Positions 9,570 through 18,282 of a DNA stretch of 64,000 nucleotides are shown in pieces (positions within the stretch are counted from its first letter, which is position 1; every line of letters starts with the position of its first letter). A program made the position numbers and the translations under genes. Below the pieces are notes generated by a model. That model searched no databases, was not told the origin of the DNA, and saw only the letters and a program-made list of their open reading frames with translations. This DNA is from Candidatus Saccharimonadota bacterium (lineage in GTDB: Bacteria > Patescibacteriota > Saccharimonadia > Saccharimonadales > JACDBH01). The stretch is from assembly GCA_028289135.1 (NCBI GenBank), contig JAQGGW010000005.1:2941-66940 (forward strand). Reading direction: 5' to 3'.

Positions 9570-11183
9570 ATGGAAAACCCACCACAGCCGGGCGGCATTA
9601 TTAGTCCAACGCAGCCTCCGGCAGGTCAGCCTGCCCCTACGCCAAACACTCAGCCTGCACCTGCGCCAAACGTACCTCCTGCCCCAGCGCAGCCTCAAAT
9701 GCAGCCCGCGCCTCAGGCAGCTTTTCAGCAAGCTCCAATGAACCCTGCGGCACCAAGTACGCAGCAGCCAATGGCTCCAGCTCAAGCGGCACCAGCGCAA
9801 CCAATGCCAGCTTTTATGAACGCGCCAAGTGCCGCACCAGTAAGTGCGTCTCAGATGCAGGGACAGAAGAAAAGCATTAAAAAGAAAATGGTTCTGCCGC
9901 TCGTAATAATTGGCGCGCTGCTTATTATCGGCGGTGGTTCGGCCGCAGCCTACTTTGGCTACGTTGTGCCAAATAAGCCAGAAAACAAGCTCCTCAGCGC
10001 AATATCTAATCTTGCCACACACAAGAGTGTGACAATTGACGGTACGGTAGATTATTCTCCAAAAAGCGGAGGAACTGGTGTCGCTGTGGACTATAAGCTA
10101 GCACTAAATAGCGAAACATCTCAAGTCGGCCTGTCTGGGACAGTTGGTGTTGGCGGGGCAAAAGTACCTTACGAAATCCGCTACATCGACAAAGACCTGT
10201 ATTTTAAAGCCAGCGATCTGAACGGTTTGACAAGCCTAATTCCTTCGTCGGGCGCTGACCTGGACTTTAGCTCTATAATTAAGCAAGTTGACGGCCAGTG
10301 GTTTGTTGTCGACCGCAGCTTTACCGATTCGCTCGGGCTTAAAACCTCTTGTGTAACCGACAGCTCGTTTGCTCTGAATGATGCCGACGTCACACTCATT
10401 AAGAAAGCTTACAAACAGCATCCGCTCTTTACCGTTAAGAGCAGCTCAAGCCAAACTGTTGACGGTGAAGCTACGACTAAATACTTAGTTGACCCTGCAA
10501 GCGACTCAGAAGCGTCCGCGTTTGCCAGCAATCTTAAAGGCCTCAGCCTGTATAAAAAGGCGATGGAATGTTCTGGCAGCTCTTCAAACAGTTCAGATTC
10601 AAGCTCACCAAGCACGAGCGCCAAAAACACCACAACTGGCACGGTTTCGATATATGTAACAAAAGACAACCAGCTTAAGAAGATTGAAATAAACGGCAGT
10701 GATGACAGCAGCAGCATGAAAATTGCCGCGACATTCTCATACGCGGAAGTTAAGCTCGACAAGCCAGCTGGCGCCAAGTCTGTGCAGGATCTCTACACCA
10801 GTGTTCTTGGAGGCCTTGGCTTTGGACCAACCGCATTTACGGATATACAATCAAGCGCTAAAGATGTTGAGCGCAAGGCCGACATTAACGCCCTGCATGG
10901 ACAGCTGGAAGCTTACTGGGCCCAAAAAGGTTATTATCCAAGCCTTAAGGACATGAACAGCGCAGCATTCATTTCGGCAAACTTTAAAGGTTTGGACCAA
11001 GAAGCCCTTACTGACCCGGATGGCAGTGGCACAACATTTACCGTAGCGCCGCAAAAAAACGCTTACACCTATACCGTCCAGCCAAGCGGGTGCGATAATG
11101 CCACAAAAACGCAGTGTGTGTCCTATGTTCTCTCAGCAATGAATACCGACGGGACGCTTTACAGCAAACAAAGCCTTAACTAG
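9570..11183 (+). CDS. Membrane-anchored surface protein with a P/Q/A-rich N-terminus and a C-terminal pilin-like motif
   Basis: 537 aa. About 100 aa of PAPxQP-type low complexity, then one TM helix (LPLVIIGALLIIGGGSAAAYFGYVV). The C-terminus ERKADINALHGQLEAYWAQKGYYPS resembles the segment that follows the N-terminal helix in type IV pilin-like proteins. Confidence 0.75.
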   Translation: MENPPQPGGIISPTQPPAGQPAPTPNTQPAPAPNVPPAPAQPQMQPAPQAAFQQAPMNPAAPSTQQPMAPAQAAPAQPMPAFMNAPSAAPVSASQMQGQKKSIKKKMVLPLVIIGALLIIGGGSAAAYFGYVVPNKPENKLLSAISNLATHKSVTIDGTVDYSPKSGGTGVAVDYKLALNSETSQVGLSGTVGVGGAKVPYEIRYIDKDLYFKASDLNGLTSLIPSSGADLDFSSIIKQVDGQWFVVDRSFTDSLGLKTSCVTDSSFALNDADVTLIKKAYKQHPLFTVKSSSSQTVDGEATTKYLVDPASDSEASAFASNLKGLSLYKKAMECSGSSSNSSDSSSPSTSAKNTTTGTVSIYVTKDNQLKKIEINGSDDSSSMKIAATFSYAEVKLDKPAGAKSVQDLYTSVLGGLGFGPTAFTDIQSSAKDVERKADINALHGQLEAYWAQKGYYPSLKDMNSAAFISANFKGLDQEALTDPDGSGTTFTVAPQKNAYTYTVQPSGCDNATKTQCVSYVLSAMNTDGTLYSKQSLN

Positions 11184-11252
11184 TAACGGTTTCTAGACCT
11201 GTAAAAAGCATCTTAAAACGGTTATACTTCGATCAGTGAAAAGAACACACCT

Positions 11253-11987
11253 ATGCAAGTAGTCGTTAACGATACGCTCGTCAATTACACCGACACAGGT
11301 TCGGGTCCGATTTTGCTTTGTGTGCATGGCTGGATGCATGATGTTAGCTCATACGCCCAGCTTACTGAGCAGTTAAAAGCAGATTTTAGGATCATAAGCT
11401 TGGACTTACCAAACTTTGGCGCTAGCCAGATGACTGACAAGGTTGAAACGGTAGAAGAATACGCGCATTTTTTGCAGGCTTTTGTAAACAAGCTTGGCCT
11501 TAAGGACTACAGTCTGGTTGGGCATTCGATGGGCTGCCAGATTGGTATTTATGGGGTTGGAAACGGCATTTTGAGCCCTGATAAACTAGTTTTGATATCT
11601 GCTGCCGGGATTCGATCTCACAGAAAGTCATACAAAAAGGCTCTTAAATACGCCTCGGTTGCGCTGCGCAATTTCGTACCTAAAAAATACAAAAAGAAGT
11701 TTTATAAGATGATTGGTTCCGACTATAATCCAGACTTTTCTAAGGTGCATAAAGCCATTATTAGCAAAGTCCTAAGCGCCGATATCCAAGCTGATGCCAA
11801 AAAAATCAACATCCCGACGCTAATTATCAACGGGAACGCCGACCACGAAACTCCGCTCTGGATGGCCGAAACGCTAAACCGTGAAATTAGCCATTCTACG
11901 CTGGAAATTATCAAAAACGGCGACCACTGGATCCATCAAAAACACGCAGATGTTGTTGCAAATTCAATCCGGATTTTTATTTCATGA
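11253..11987 (+). CDS. Alpha/beta-fold hydrolase
   Basis: Nucleophile elbow GHSMG, an HGW oxyanion region near the N-terminus and a late His (GDHW). Confidence 0.8.
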   Translation: MQVVVNDTLVNYTDTGSGPILLCVHGWMHDVSSYAQLTEQLKADFRIISLDLPNFGASQMTDKVETVEEYAHFLQAFVNKLGLKDYSLVGHSMGCQIGIYGVGNGILSPDKLVLISAAGIRSHRKSYKKALKYASVALRNFVPKKYKKKFYKMIGSDYNPDFSKVHKAIISKVLSADIQADAKKINIPTLIINGNADHETPLWMAETLNREISHSTLEIIKNGDHWIHQKHADVVANSIRIFIS

Positions 11988-13417
11988 GCGCCAAAAAAGC
12001 AGAGCTAAAAAACTACCTTAGTATTTATCTGCCAACGGTACCATATGTGTTTGTTTACATGCTTCAGCAGGTAGAAAATAACGCGGACGAGTTTTTAAAA
12101 TGGGTAAACCGCCTGCCCAACTACCAACGCGTAATCAAGCGCAAAAAACTGGTTTTAACTAAAAAAGCACTGGTTTTACTTGTCTTGGCGTATGGTATGG
12201 CAGCATTAATTCTTGCGGGTGTTGTTTTGCTGTTCGCTAAAGGTCTTTATCCATATGCTGTTGGCCTGTTTGTGGTTCAGCCCGCAGTTGTCATCTTGTT
12301 TTTAGCCTATCTAAACAAACTGGGCGTTAAACTTATTGCCTTTAAGCGCCGTAAGGACTACGCCGTTGCCAGCGCCAAACTGATGGCCCACAAAGCTACT
12401 AAAATCGTAGTCCTGGGAAGCTACGGCAAAACCACCGCCAAAGAACTACTTTCAACCGTACTGGCCGAAGGAAAAATCGTTGCCTCAACGCCTGGGAATA
12501 AAAACGTACCGATCAGCCATGCCCGCTGGATAATAAACAAGCTAACGGGCGAAGAAGAAGTGCTCATCTTTGAACTAGGCGAAGGAGAGCCGGGAGATAT
12601 CAAAAGGTTTTGCGAGCTTTTACACCCAGACATTGCGGTTTTAACAGGCTACGCGCCCAACCATCTTGACGGCTACGGCACAGTTGAAGCGTTGAAGGCC
12701 GACCTTAGTTCGATCCAGGATTTTGTAAAGCCCGAGAATTTATATGTGGCAGAACAAGCCGCAGAAGCATTGGATTTTAAAGATAAAGTCCAGGTTTTTG
12801 GCACCAAAAGCAGCGACGGCTGGGTTATAAAAAATATTGAAGTAGCAATTACGGGCACGTCGTTTGACATGAATAAAGGCTCAGCAAAAGCACATTTACA
12901 CAGCAGTTTAATCGGCGAACATAACGTCGCGCCGTTGGCACTGAGCTTTACGCTCGGGCAAAAACTGGGCCTCAGCCAAAAAGAAGCCGAAGCTGGTATT
13001 GCCAAAACATTGCCGTTTGACCACCGCATGCAGGCCCGCGAAATTAATGGCGCCTGGCTGATTGACGACACATACAACGGCAACCTTGAAGGCATTCGTG
13101 CTGGGCTTGAACTTTTGCATAGTGTTACAGCCACTCGCAAAATGTACGTTACGCCCGGGCTTGTAGAACAGGGAACCGAAACCGAAAAAGTCCACACAGA
13201 AATCGGACATTTGATTGCCAAATCCAACCCTGACGTCGTGGTGTTTATGCATAACAGCGTCAGCCACATTATGAAGGCGGCTTTAGAGGCAAAAGGCTTT
13301 AAAGGCATTATCCGGGTAGAATCCGACCCGCTGGCGTTCTATACTAATATCCAATACGAATTAGCTGGTGGAGATATGGTATTAATGCAAAATGACTGGA
13401 CCGACAACTACGCCTGA
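11984..13417 (+). CDS. murF: Mur ligase, MurF-like (UDP-MurNAc-peptide--D-Ala-D-Ala ligase), with a hydrophobic N-terminal extension
   Basis: P-loop VLGSYGKTT and C-terminal IDDTYNGN, typical of MurF. It lies directly upstream of ddl and alr. The first 130 aa or so contain two predicted TM helices. Confidence 0.8.
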   Translation: MSAKKAELKNYLSIYLPTVPYVFVYMLQQVENNADEFLKWVNRLPNYQRVIKRKKLVLTKKALVLLVLAYGMAALILAGVVLLFAKGLYPYAVGLFVVQPAVVILFLAYLNKLGVKLIAFKRRKDYAVASAKLMAHKATKIVVLGSYGKTTAKELLSTVLAEGKIVASTPGNKNVPISHARWIINKLTGEEEVLIFELGEGEPGDIKRFCELLHPDIAVLTGYAPNHLDGYGTVEALKADLSSIQDFVKPENLYVAEQAAEALDFKDKVQVFGTKSSDGWVIKNIEVAITGTSFDMNKGSAKAHLHSSLIGEHNVAPLALSFTLGQKLGLSQKEAEAGIAKTLPFDHRMQAREINGAWLIDDTYNGNLEGIRAGLELLHSVTATRKMYVTPGLVEQGTETEKVHTEIGHLIAKSNPDVVVFMHNSVSHIMKAALEAKGFKGIIRVESDPLAFYTNIQYELAGGDMVLMQNDWTDNYA

Positions 13418-13943
13418 AAGAGCCCCAACTAGGTCGCTAAGAGTCGAACTTACCAGCCTGGATGGGGTTGATACCTCACTTGTACTTGTACGTGAAGGCT
13501 TTATGGCTGGAGTGGGTGAATATAATCCGGTACAGCTTCATCCGTTTGAATACACACTGCTTAACCATCTCGCTACCTATCCCGATGCTGCTTTCAAGCC
13601 GGCAATGCTCAGGCGCGCGATGCCAGTGTTTGCAGATAAATACGCCCCACAGCCAAGTGAGCTGATGAAAGAGCTAATACGGTTGTTGCCAGTGCTTGAG
13701 CCGCATCTTATTTCGGTCGTAAATGGTCAGACACAATTTTTTGGTTTATTGGATACTGCTGGTGCGCCGGAGTCGTTTCACGAAAACGTAAAGCGACTTA
13801 TCGAAAGAGACACGGAAGCATACGCGAACCCAAGGCGGCGCGCAAAAACTCTCGGAGTTGTTGCTGCGGCGGTGACGGCGTTTACGACTACCGTAGGCGT
13901 AGCAGGATATTTACATCGAAAACATACAAATACTAACGATTAA
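13392..13943 (+). CDS. Hypothetical protein with a C-terminal TM anchor
   Basis: 183-aa ORF overlapping the murF 3' end by 26 nt. An alternative start is M38 at 13503. C-terminal hydrophobic segment LGVVAAAVTAFTTTVGVAGYL. Confidence 0.55.
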   Translation: MTGPTTTPERAPTRSLRVELTSLDGVDTSLVLVREGFMAGVGEYNPVQLHPFEYTLLNHLATYPDAAFKPAMLRRAMPVFADKYAPQPSELMKELIRLLPVLEPHLISVVNGQTQFFGLLDTAGAPESFHENVKRLIERDTEAYANPRRRAKTLGVVAAAVTAFTTTVGVAGYLHRKHTNTND

Positions 13944-13978
13944 TTGTAGCTTGTAATTGTAAATACAAATGGCGTATA

Positions 13979-15148
13979 ATGATGCTTATGAAAACAATAG
14001 CAGTCATTTTTGGTGGGCGTTCAACCGAGCACGATGTTTCAATTATCACCGCACTCAGCAGCATTATTAAGCCGCTAGAAGCCAGCCGGCAGTACCAAGT
14101 GGAAGCTGTTTACATCTCTAAAGACGGTGCCTGGTTTTGGGACAATAAACTTAAAGACATTGCACTGTATCAATCTGGCGAAATAGAAGATTTTATGCGA
14201 AAAGCGCCAAAAGTACAACTCTCTCTAGACGACGGCTTGACCCTTGTTAAATCAAGCCAGTTTGCCGGTCGCAAGGCTTATAAAAAAATCGACATCGTCT
14301 TCCCAGCCATGCACGGTACGCACGGCGAAGACGGTGAATTGATGGGGATTTTTGAAATGGCTAACGTGGCCTATGTTGGCTGTGGTGTTGCAGCAAGCGC
14401 AATATCTATGGACAAAGTTTTGGCCAAGCAAGTTACTACCAGCGCGGACATTCCAACCACGCCATGGGTATGGTTTACCTCTGCTGACTTAGCCCGAGAC
14501 CACGAAGCCGTCATCGCAAAGACTAAAGGCCTGGAGTATCCATTGTTTGTAAAACCAGCCCACCTGGGCTCCAGCATCGGTATTTCCCGCGTTACCAAGC
14601 CCGAAGAACTGGTGAACGCACTTGAAGTTGCCGCGCATTATGATGACAAAATTATCGTAGAACAAGCCGTCCAAAACCTGGCTGAAGTTACGCTCCCGAT
14701 TATGGGAAACGAAGAGCCGCGCCCAGCGATGTTGGAACAGCCAAACGTAAAGCCCGAAGATTTCTTTGACTTTGAAACTAAATATATGCAGGGCGGCAAA
14801 AAAGGCGGCGGCAAAGGCAAGGGCGGCGCGCAGGGCTACAGCACCATCCCGGCCGACCTTCCAAAAGATCTATATGACCAAGCAATGCAAGTGGGCGTAA
14901 ATGTCTATAAAACCGTTGGCTGCGCAGGAATTGCCCGCGTTGATATGCTCATCGACACCAAAGCCAAAACCGTTTTCTTTAACGAAATTAACCCTTTGCC
15001 AGGCGGGCTGTATTCGCACAACTGGAACAAAGCCGGCATTTCGTCCATCGACCTTGTAACCAAGCTTGTAGACTACGCCGAAGAGCGCTGGCACAACCAG
15101 CAAAAAAATACTGTCACCTTCAGTACGAATTACTTAAAACAGTTTTAG
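13979..15148 (+). CDS. ddl: D-alanine--D-alanine ligase
   Basis: GGRSTEHDVS N-terminus, HGTHGEDG motif and ATP-grasp core. An alternative start MKTIAV lies at 13988. Confidence 0.93.
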   Translation: MMLMKTIAVIFGGRSTEHDVSIITALSSIIKPLEASRQYQVEAVYISKDGAWFWDNKLKDIALYQSGEIEDFMRKAPKVQLSLDDGLTLVKSSQFAGRKAYKKIDIVFPAMHGTHGEDGELMGIFEMANVAYVGCGVAASAISMDKVLAKQVTTSADIPTTPWVWFTSADLARDHEAVIAKTKGLEYPLFVKPAHLGSSIGISRVTKPEELVNALEVAAHYDDKIIVEQAVQNLAEVTLPIMGNEEPRPAMLEQPNVKPEDFFDFETKYMQGGKKGGGKGKGGAQGYSTIPADLPKDLYDQAMQVGVNVYKTVGCAGIARVDMLIDTKAKTVFFNEINPLPGGLYSHNWNKAGISSIDLVTKLVDYAEERWHNQQKNTVTFSTNYLKQF

Positions 15149-15155
15149 GATAAAA

Positions 15156-16316
15156 ATGTCGCTCAGATATGCGCTTGGCAGGAGTTTAGGAAAACTCGAA
15201 AAACCGTTTGAAGTTTATAACCACATTACCGTTTCGCGTTCGGCGCTTTTGAGCAACTTTGACATTTTACGCTCACTAACACCTATAAAAACTATCTTTC
15301 CAGTACTTAAAGCCAACGCCTATGGACACGGCCTAACAGAGGTGGCGACCATTCTCAAAGACCGCTCTTTCCCATACATTGCCGTCGATGGATTTTATGA
15401 GAGCATGGCCATACATAACGTTTCAAAACAGCCGGTTTTGGTAATGGGCGCCATAAAACCAAGTAACTTTAAGCAGATGAGTTTTAAGCGTCTGGCTTTT
15501 GTGGTACATGACAATGACACGGTAAAAGCCCTTGGCGCTACAAAACGGCAAGTAAATGTGCATGTTGAAATTGACACCGGAATGACCCGCCACGGTGTTG
15601 CAGCGTCTGATCTGCCAGAGTTTCTAGATTTGCTTAAAAAATATCCCAAGATCAAAGTCGAAGGTGTTATGACGCACTTGGCAGACGCAGAAAATATAAA
15701 AACAGCAAACTTTACTAACTCTCAAGCAGAGCGCTTTGACGCCGCGGTGGAGATTATCTTGAGCAATGGCTTTAAACCAAAGCACTTCCATATCGCCCAG
15801 TCTGCAGGCAGCACAAAGGTTCATTCAAAATATGCCAACGCGCTACGAATTGGTATAGCGCTTTATGGGGTTAGCCCTCTTGATATAAAAGACAAAAACT
15901 ACGCCCTTTTTAAGCCGCTCAAACCCGCATTAGCATTAACATCAACAATTACCAAAGTTGTAAAAGTCCACGCTGGCACAACGGTGAGCTATGATAGGAC
16001 GTTTACAGCAAAAGAAGATACTAAAATTGGCGTTTTGCCGATTGGTTACTACGAAGGCGTCAGCCGCTCACTAAGCAATGTTGGCTTGGTGCAATTTAAG
16101 AGTGAATACCTACCGATCGTAGGAAGAGTCTGCATGAACCACACCATGGTAGATATTGGGAAGTCGAGCGCTAAAGTTGGAGACGAAGTAATAATTATTA
16201 GCAGCGACAGAGACAGCAAGGTTTCGGCAGATTACCTCCGCCAAAACTTTCATCAATTTAACTACGGTTTACTCACCGCCTTAAATCCAAACATACGCCG
16301 CAGGATTGTGGCCTAA
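15156..16316 (+). CDS. alr: Alanine racemase
   Basis: PLP-lysine motif VLKANAYGHG; 386 aa; adjacent to ddl. Confidence 0.92.
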   Translation: MSLRYALGRSLGKLEKPFEVYNHITVSRSALLSNFDILRSLTPIKTIFPVLKANAYGHGLTEVATILKDRSFPYIAVDGFYESMAIHNVSKQPVLVMGAIKPSNFKQMSFKRLAFVVHDNDTVKALGATKRQVNVHVEIDTGMTRHGVAASDLPEFLDLLKKYPKIKVEGVMTHLADAENIKTANFTNSQAERFDAAVEIILSNGFKPKHFHIAQSAGSTKVHSKYANALRIGIALYGVSPLDIKDKNYALFKPLKPALALTSTITKVVKVHAGTTVSYDRTFTAKEDTKIGVLPIGYYEGVSRSLSNVGLVQFKSEYLPIVGRVCMNHTMVDIGKSSAKVGDEVIIISSDRDSKVSADYLRQNFHQFNYGLLTALNPNIRRRIVA

Positions 16317-16514
16317 AAATAAAAATCCAGCTGATAATTCGGCATTTTCTACCGCTTCAGCTGGACCCCTCCACTTATCTAAGCCTAGTGTACATCTATA
16401 ATTCGAAAATTAGTATTAAAAAATAAAGTGATTTTGACTACGGTGCAACACCGTGTTTATGCTTGCATATAGCGTCTAAAAAGTTTACATTACACCACAC
16501 ATGGAGTTTATGTT

Positions 16515-18110
16515 ATGAGTTCAGAGAAAGGGCTTTTTTTACCTGAAGACCCTAATATTACCCGTTTTAGTACTGGTCATAATGTACAACGCCTTACCAT
16601 AAATGAAACATATATTTTAATTGAAGAACCGTGGCTCGGGGACAGGGTTATTAATGATCCGTTTGCTATAGATTTCTTTACAACTCCAAGTTTTTTACGC
16701 TCATTAGGCCTTGCTCAGCTTTTAAAAAGTAAAGAAAGCAGCACACTTCCAAATGTTTGGAGTTTTAACCGCGGCTGGGGGTTAATAGATCAGTACACTA
16801 TGGTTGAACATTTTGGAAAAATGTCAGAACTATCAAAGGACGAAATAAATTCCATACATATATATTGCGAAGGAGATGACCAAGCTCATTATGCTTTTTC
16901 TCACAAGCTGGAGTTTGCGTCTCAAAAATGGGGTGGCCCAGAGAACCAGCATGAGAAAAATTGGCCAATGATTGCACATATTGGCGGGACGACGGCTGTA
17001 CTTGATAAATATGGTGTACATTACGACGAAAAGATTAGGGTAGTAGGTTCAAAAATTCCAGAATGGGCTGCCGCCTCGTCTCAAAACGATCTTGACGTAG
17101 ACAGGTTGCAATATATAGCGACCGAAGCATTGTTATGGTTTGATAATGATGAAGTTGCACCTGAAGTCCGTGAACTTGTAAAACAATCCGTTGATATTAA
17201 TCAGTTTGAGATTACGCCGGATGGCAAAATGGCATGTAAAGATCCAAAACTAGGACTAGTGCTATCAAAGCTCCTTTTATTATTTGCGAGTGAACATTAT
17301 AACGACCCATTGGCCCGTGCCCAACTACATCTTGATGTTCATGGGGTACAGCGTGCGATATCCACGCGACGCATTCCTTATATGCAGGATATTGACCAGG
17401 GGCAGATGCGTGGGGCTACAAATTATTTTTATTTCATTGATCAGGATTTTACGGATGCTTTGCGAACGGGTCCTGGTAACGTTGACCCATTTATCTACCT
17501 AATATCAAACACGCTAAATGCCAGCGGCATGGAAGAACGACGACGATTTATTGATTATCGACTTAGACCTTATTCCGATTTTTTGCTTGATGAGAATGCA
17601 GAAAACTACCCTTCTGAATATCTTGAACCAAAGCGAGTTAATTTTGGACCGCGCTCTTCTACTGTGCATACCGAAGTTGTAGAACTTAGCGATGAACAGC
17701 GTAATGAGCTCGATGAGGTAAAAATCCCGCGGTTAGTAGATGAAGGTTCTGATGCATTGTCATATCTTGCCGGTCCGCTCAAAAACCGCTTTATCAATCC
17801 TCTTGTTAGGCAGGGTGATTCGTATGTTCGATTAAGCGAAATTAAATCGCTACCTTACGCCAAGCTCCTAGCAGAGCATCAGTATTTACAAACCCTTGGA
17901 GTAAAAGTGACGTTTGCCTTTACGCCTGAATACAGCAATGAATTTCGTGAAGGAATGAAGAAAAATGATGAAGCTTTTAATACCATACTTGAGGGTCATA
18001 CAATGACTACTGACCAAAAACGAAAAATGATAGAAGGGGGTGCAAGGCGTGCGGTTGATGCACACGTTAAAGCTGGAACATTGATATTAAAACGTGAACT
18101 GGATGTGTAG
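16515..18110 (+). CDS. Divergent HD-superfamily (dNTP triphosphohydrolase/SAMHD1-like) protein with degenerate metal-binding residues
   Basis: FLRSLGLAQL resembles the F.RL..I.QLG element. GDDQAHYAFSH aligns by eye with HD(I/L)GH.PFSH, but the HD dyad reads DD. The gene is visibly AT-richer than its neighbours. Confidence 0.6.
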   Translation: MSSEKGLFLPEDPNITRFSTGHNVQRLTINETYILIEEPWLGDRVINDPFAIDFFTTPSFLRSLGLAQLLKSKESSTLPNVWSFNRGWGLIDQYTMVEHFGKMSELSKDEINSIHIYCEGDDQAHYAFSHKLEFASQKWGGPENQHEKNWPMIAHIGGTTAVLDKYGVHYDEKIRVVGSKIPEWAAASSQNDLDVDRLQYIATEALLWFDNDEVAPEVRELVKQSVDINQFEITPDGKMACKDPKLGLVLSKLLLLFASEHYNDPLARAQLHLDVHGVQRAISTRRIPYMQDIDQGQMRGATNYFYFIDQDFTDALRTGPGNVDPFIYLISNTLNASGMEERRRFIDYRLRPYSDFLLDENAENYPSEYLEPKRVNFGPRSSTVHTEVVELSDEQRNELDEVKIPRLVDEGSDALSYLAGPLKNRFINPLVRQGDSYVRLSEIKSLPYAKLLAEHQYLQTLGVKVTFAFTPEYSNEFREGMKKNDEAFNTILEGHTMTTDQKRKMIEGGARRAVDAHVKAGTLILKRELDV

Positions 18111-18282
18111 TAGGATCTAAGTATGCAGCGAAGCAAAAATATGGTATTTTGTTCGTTATGAAAACGCTGACTATTTTAAGTCGCACTCTCGCTCTACTCG
18201 CTTAGGCGAGCAACTCTTCTTATTATCTTAAAACTCCTGTAAAATTAATCTGAATTACACCCTGAGCAAGGAATTATTACCC

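Noticed and set aside
9456-10022. 188-aa minus-strand ORF
   Set aside because: It is antisense to the P/Q/A-rich coding repeat of the 9570 gene. Its W/R/C-rich composition is the mirror image of that low-complexity region, and it has no RBS.
12673-13308. 211-aa and 119-aa minus-strand ORFs inside murF
   Set aside because: They are antisense to a gene with clear Mur-ligase motifs, are Ser/Cys/Pro-rich, and carry no motif of their own.
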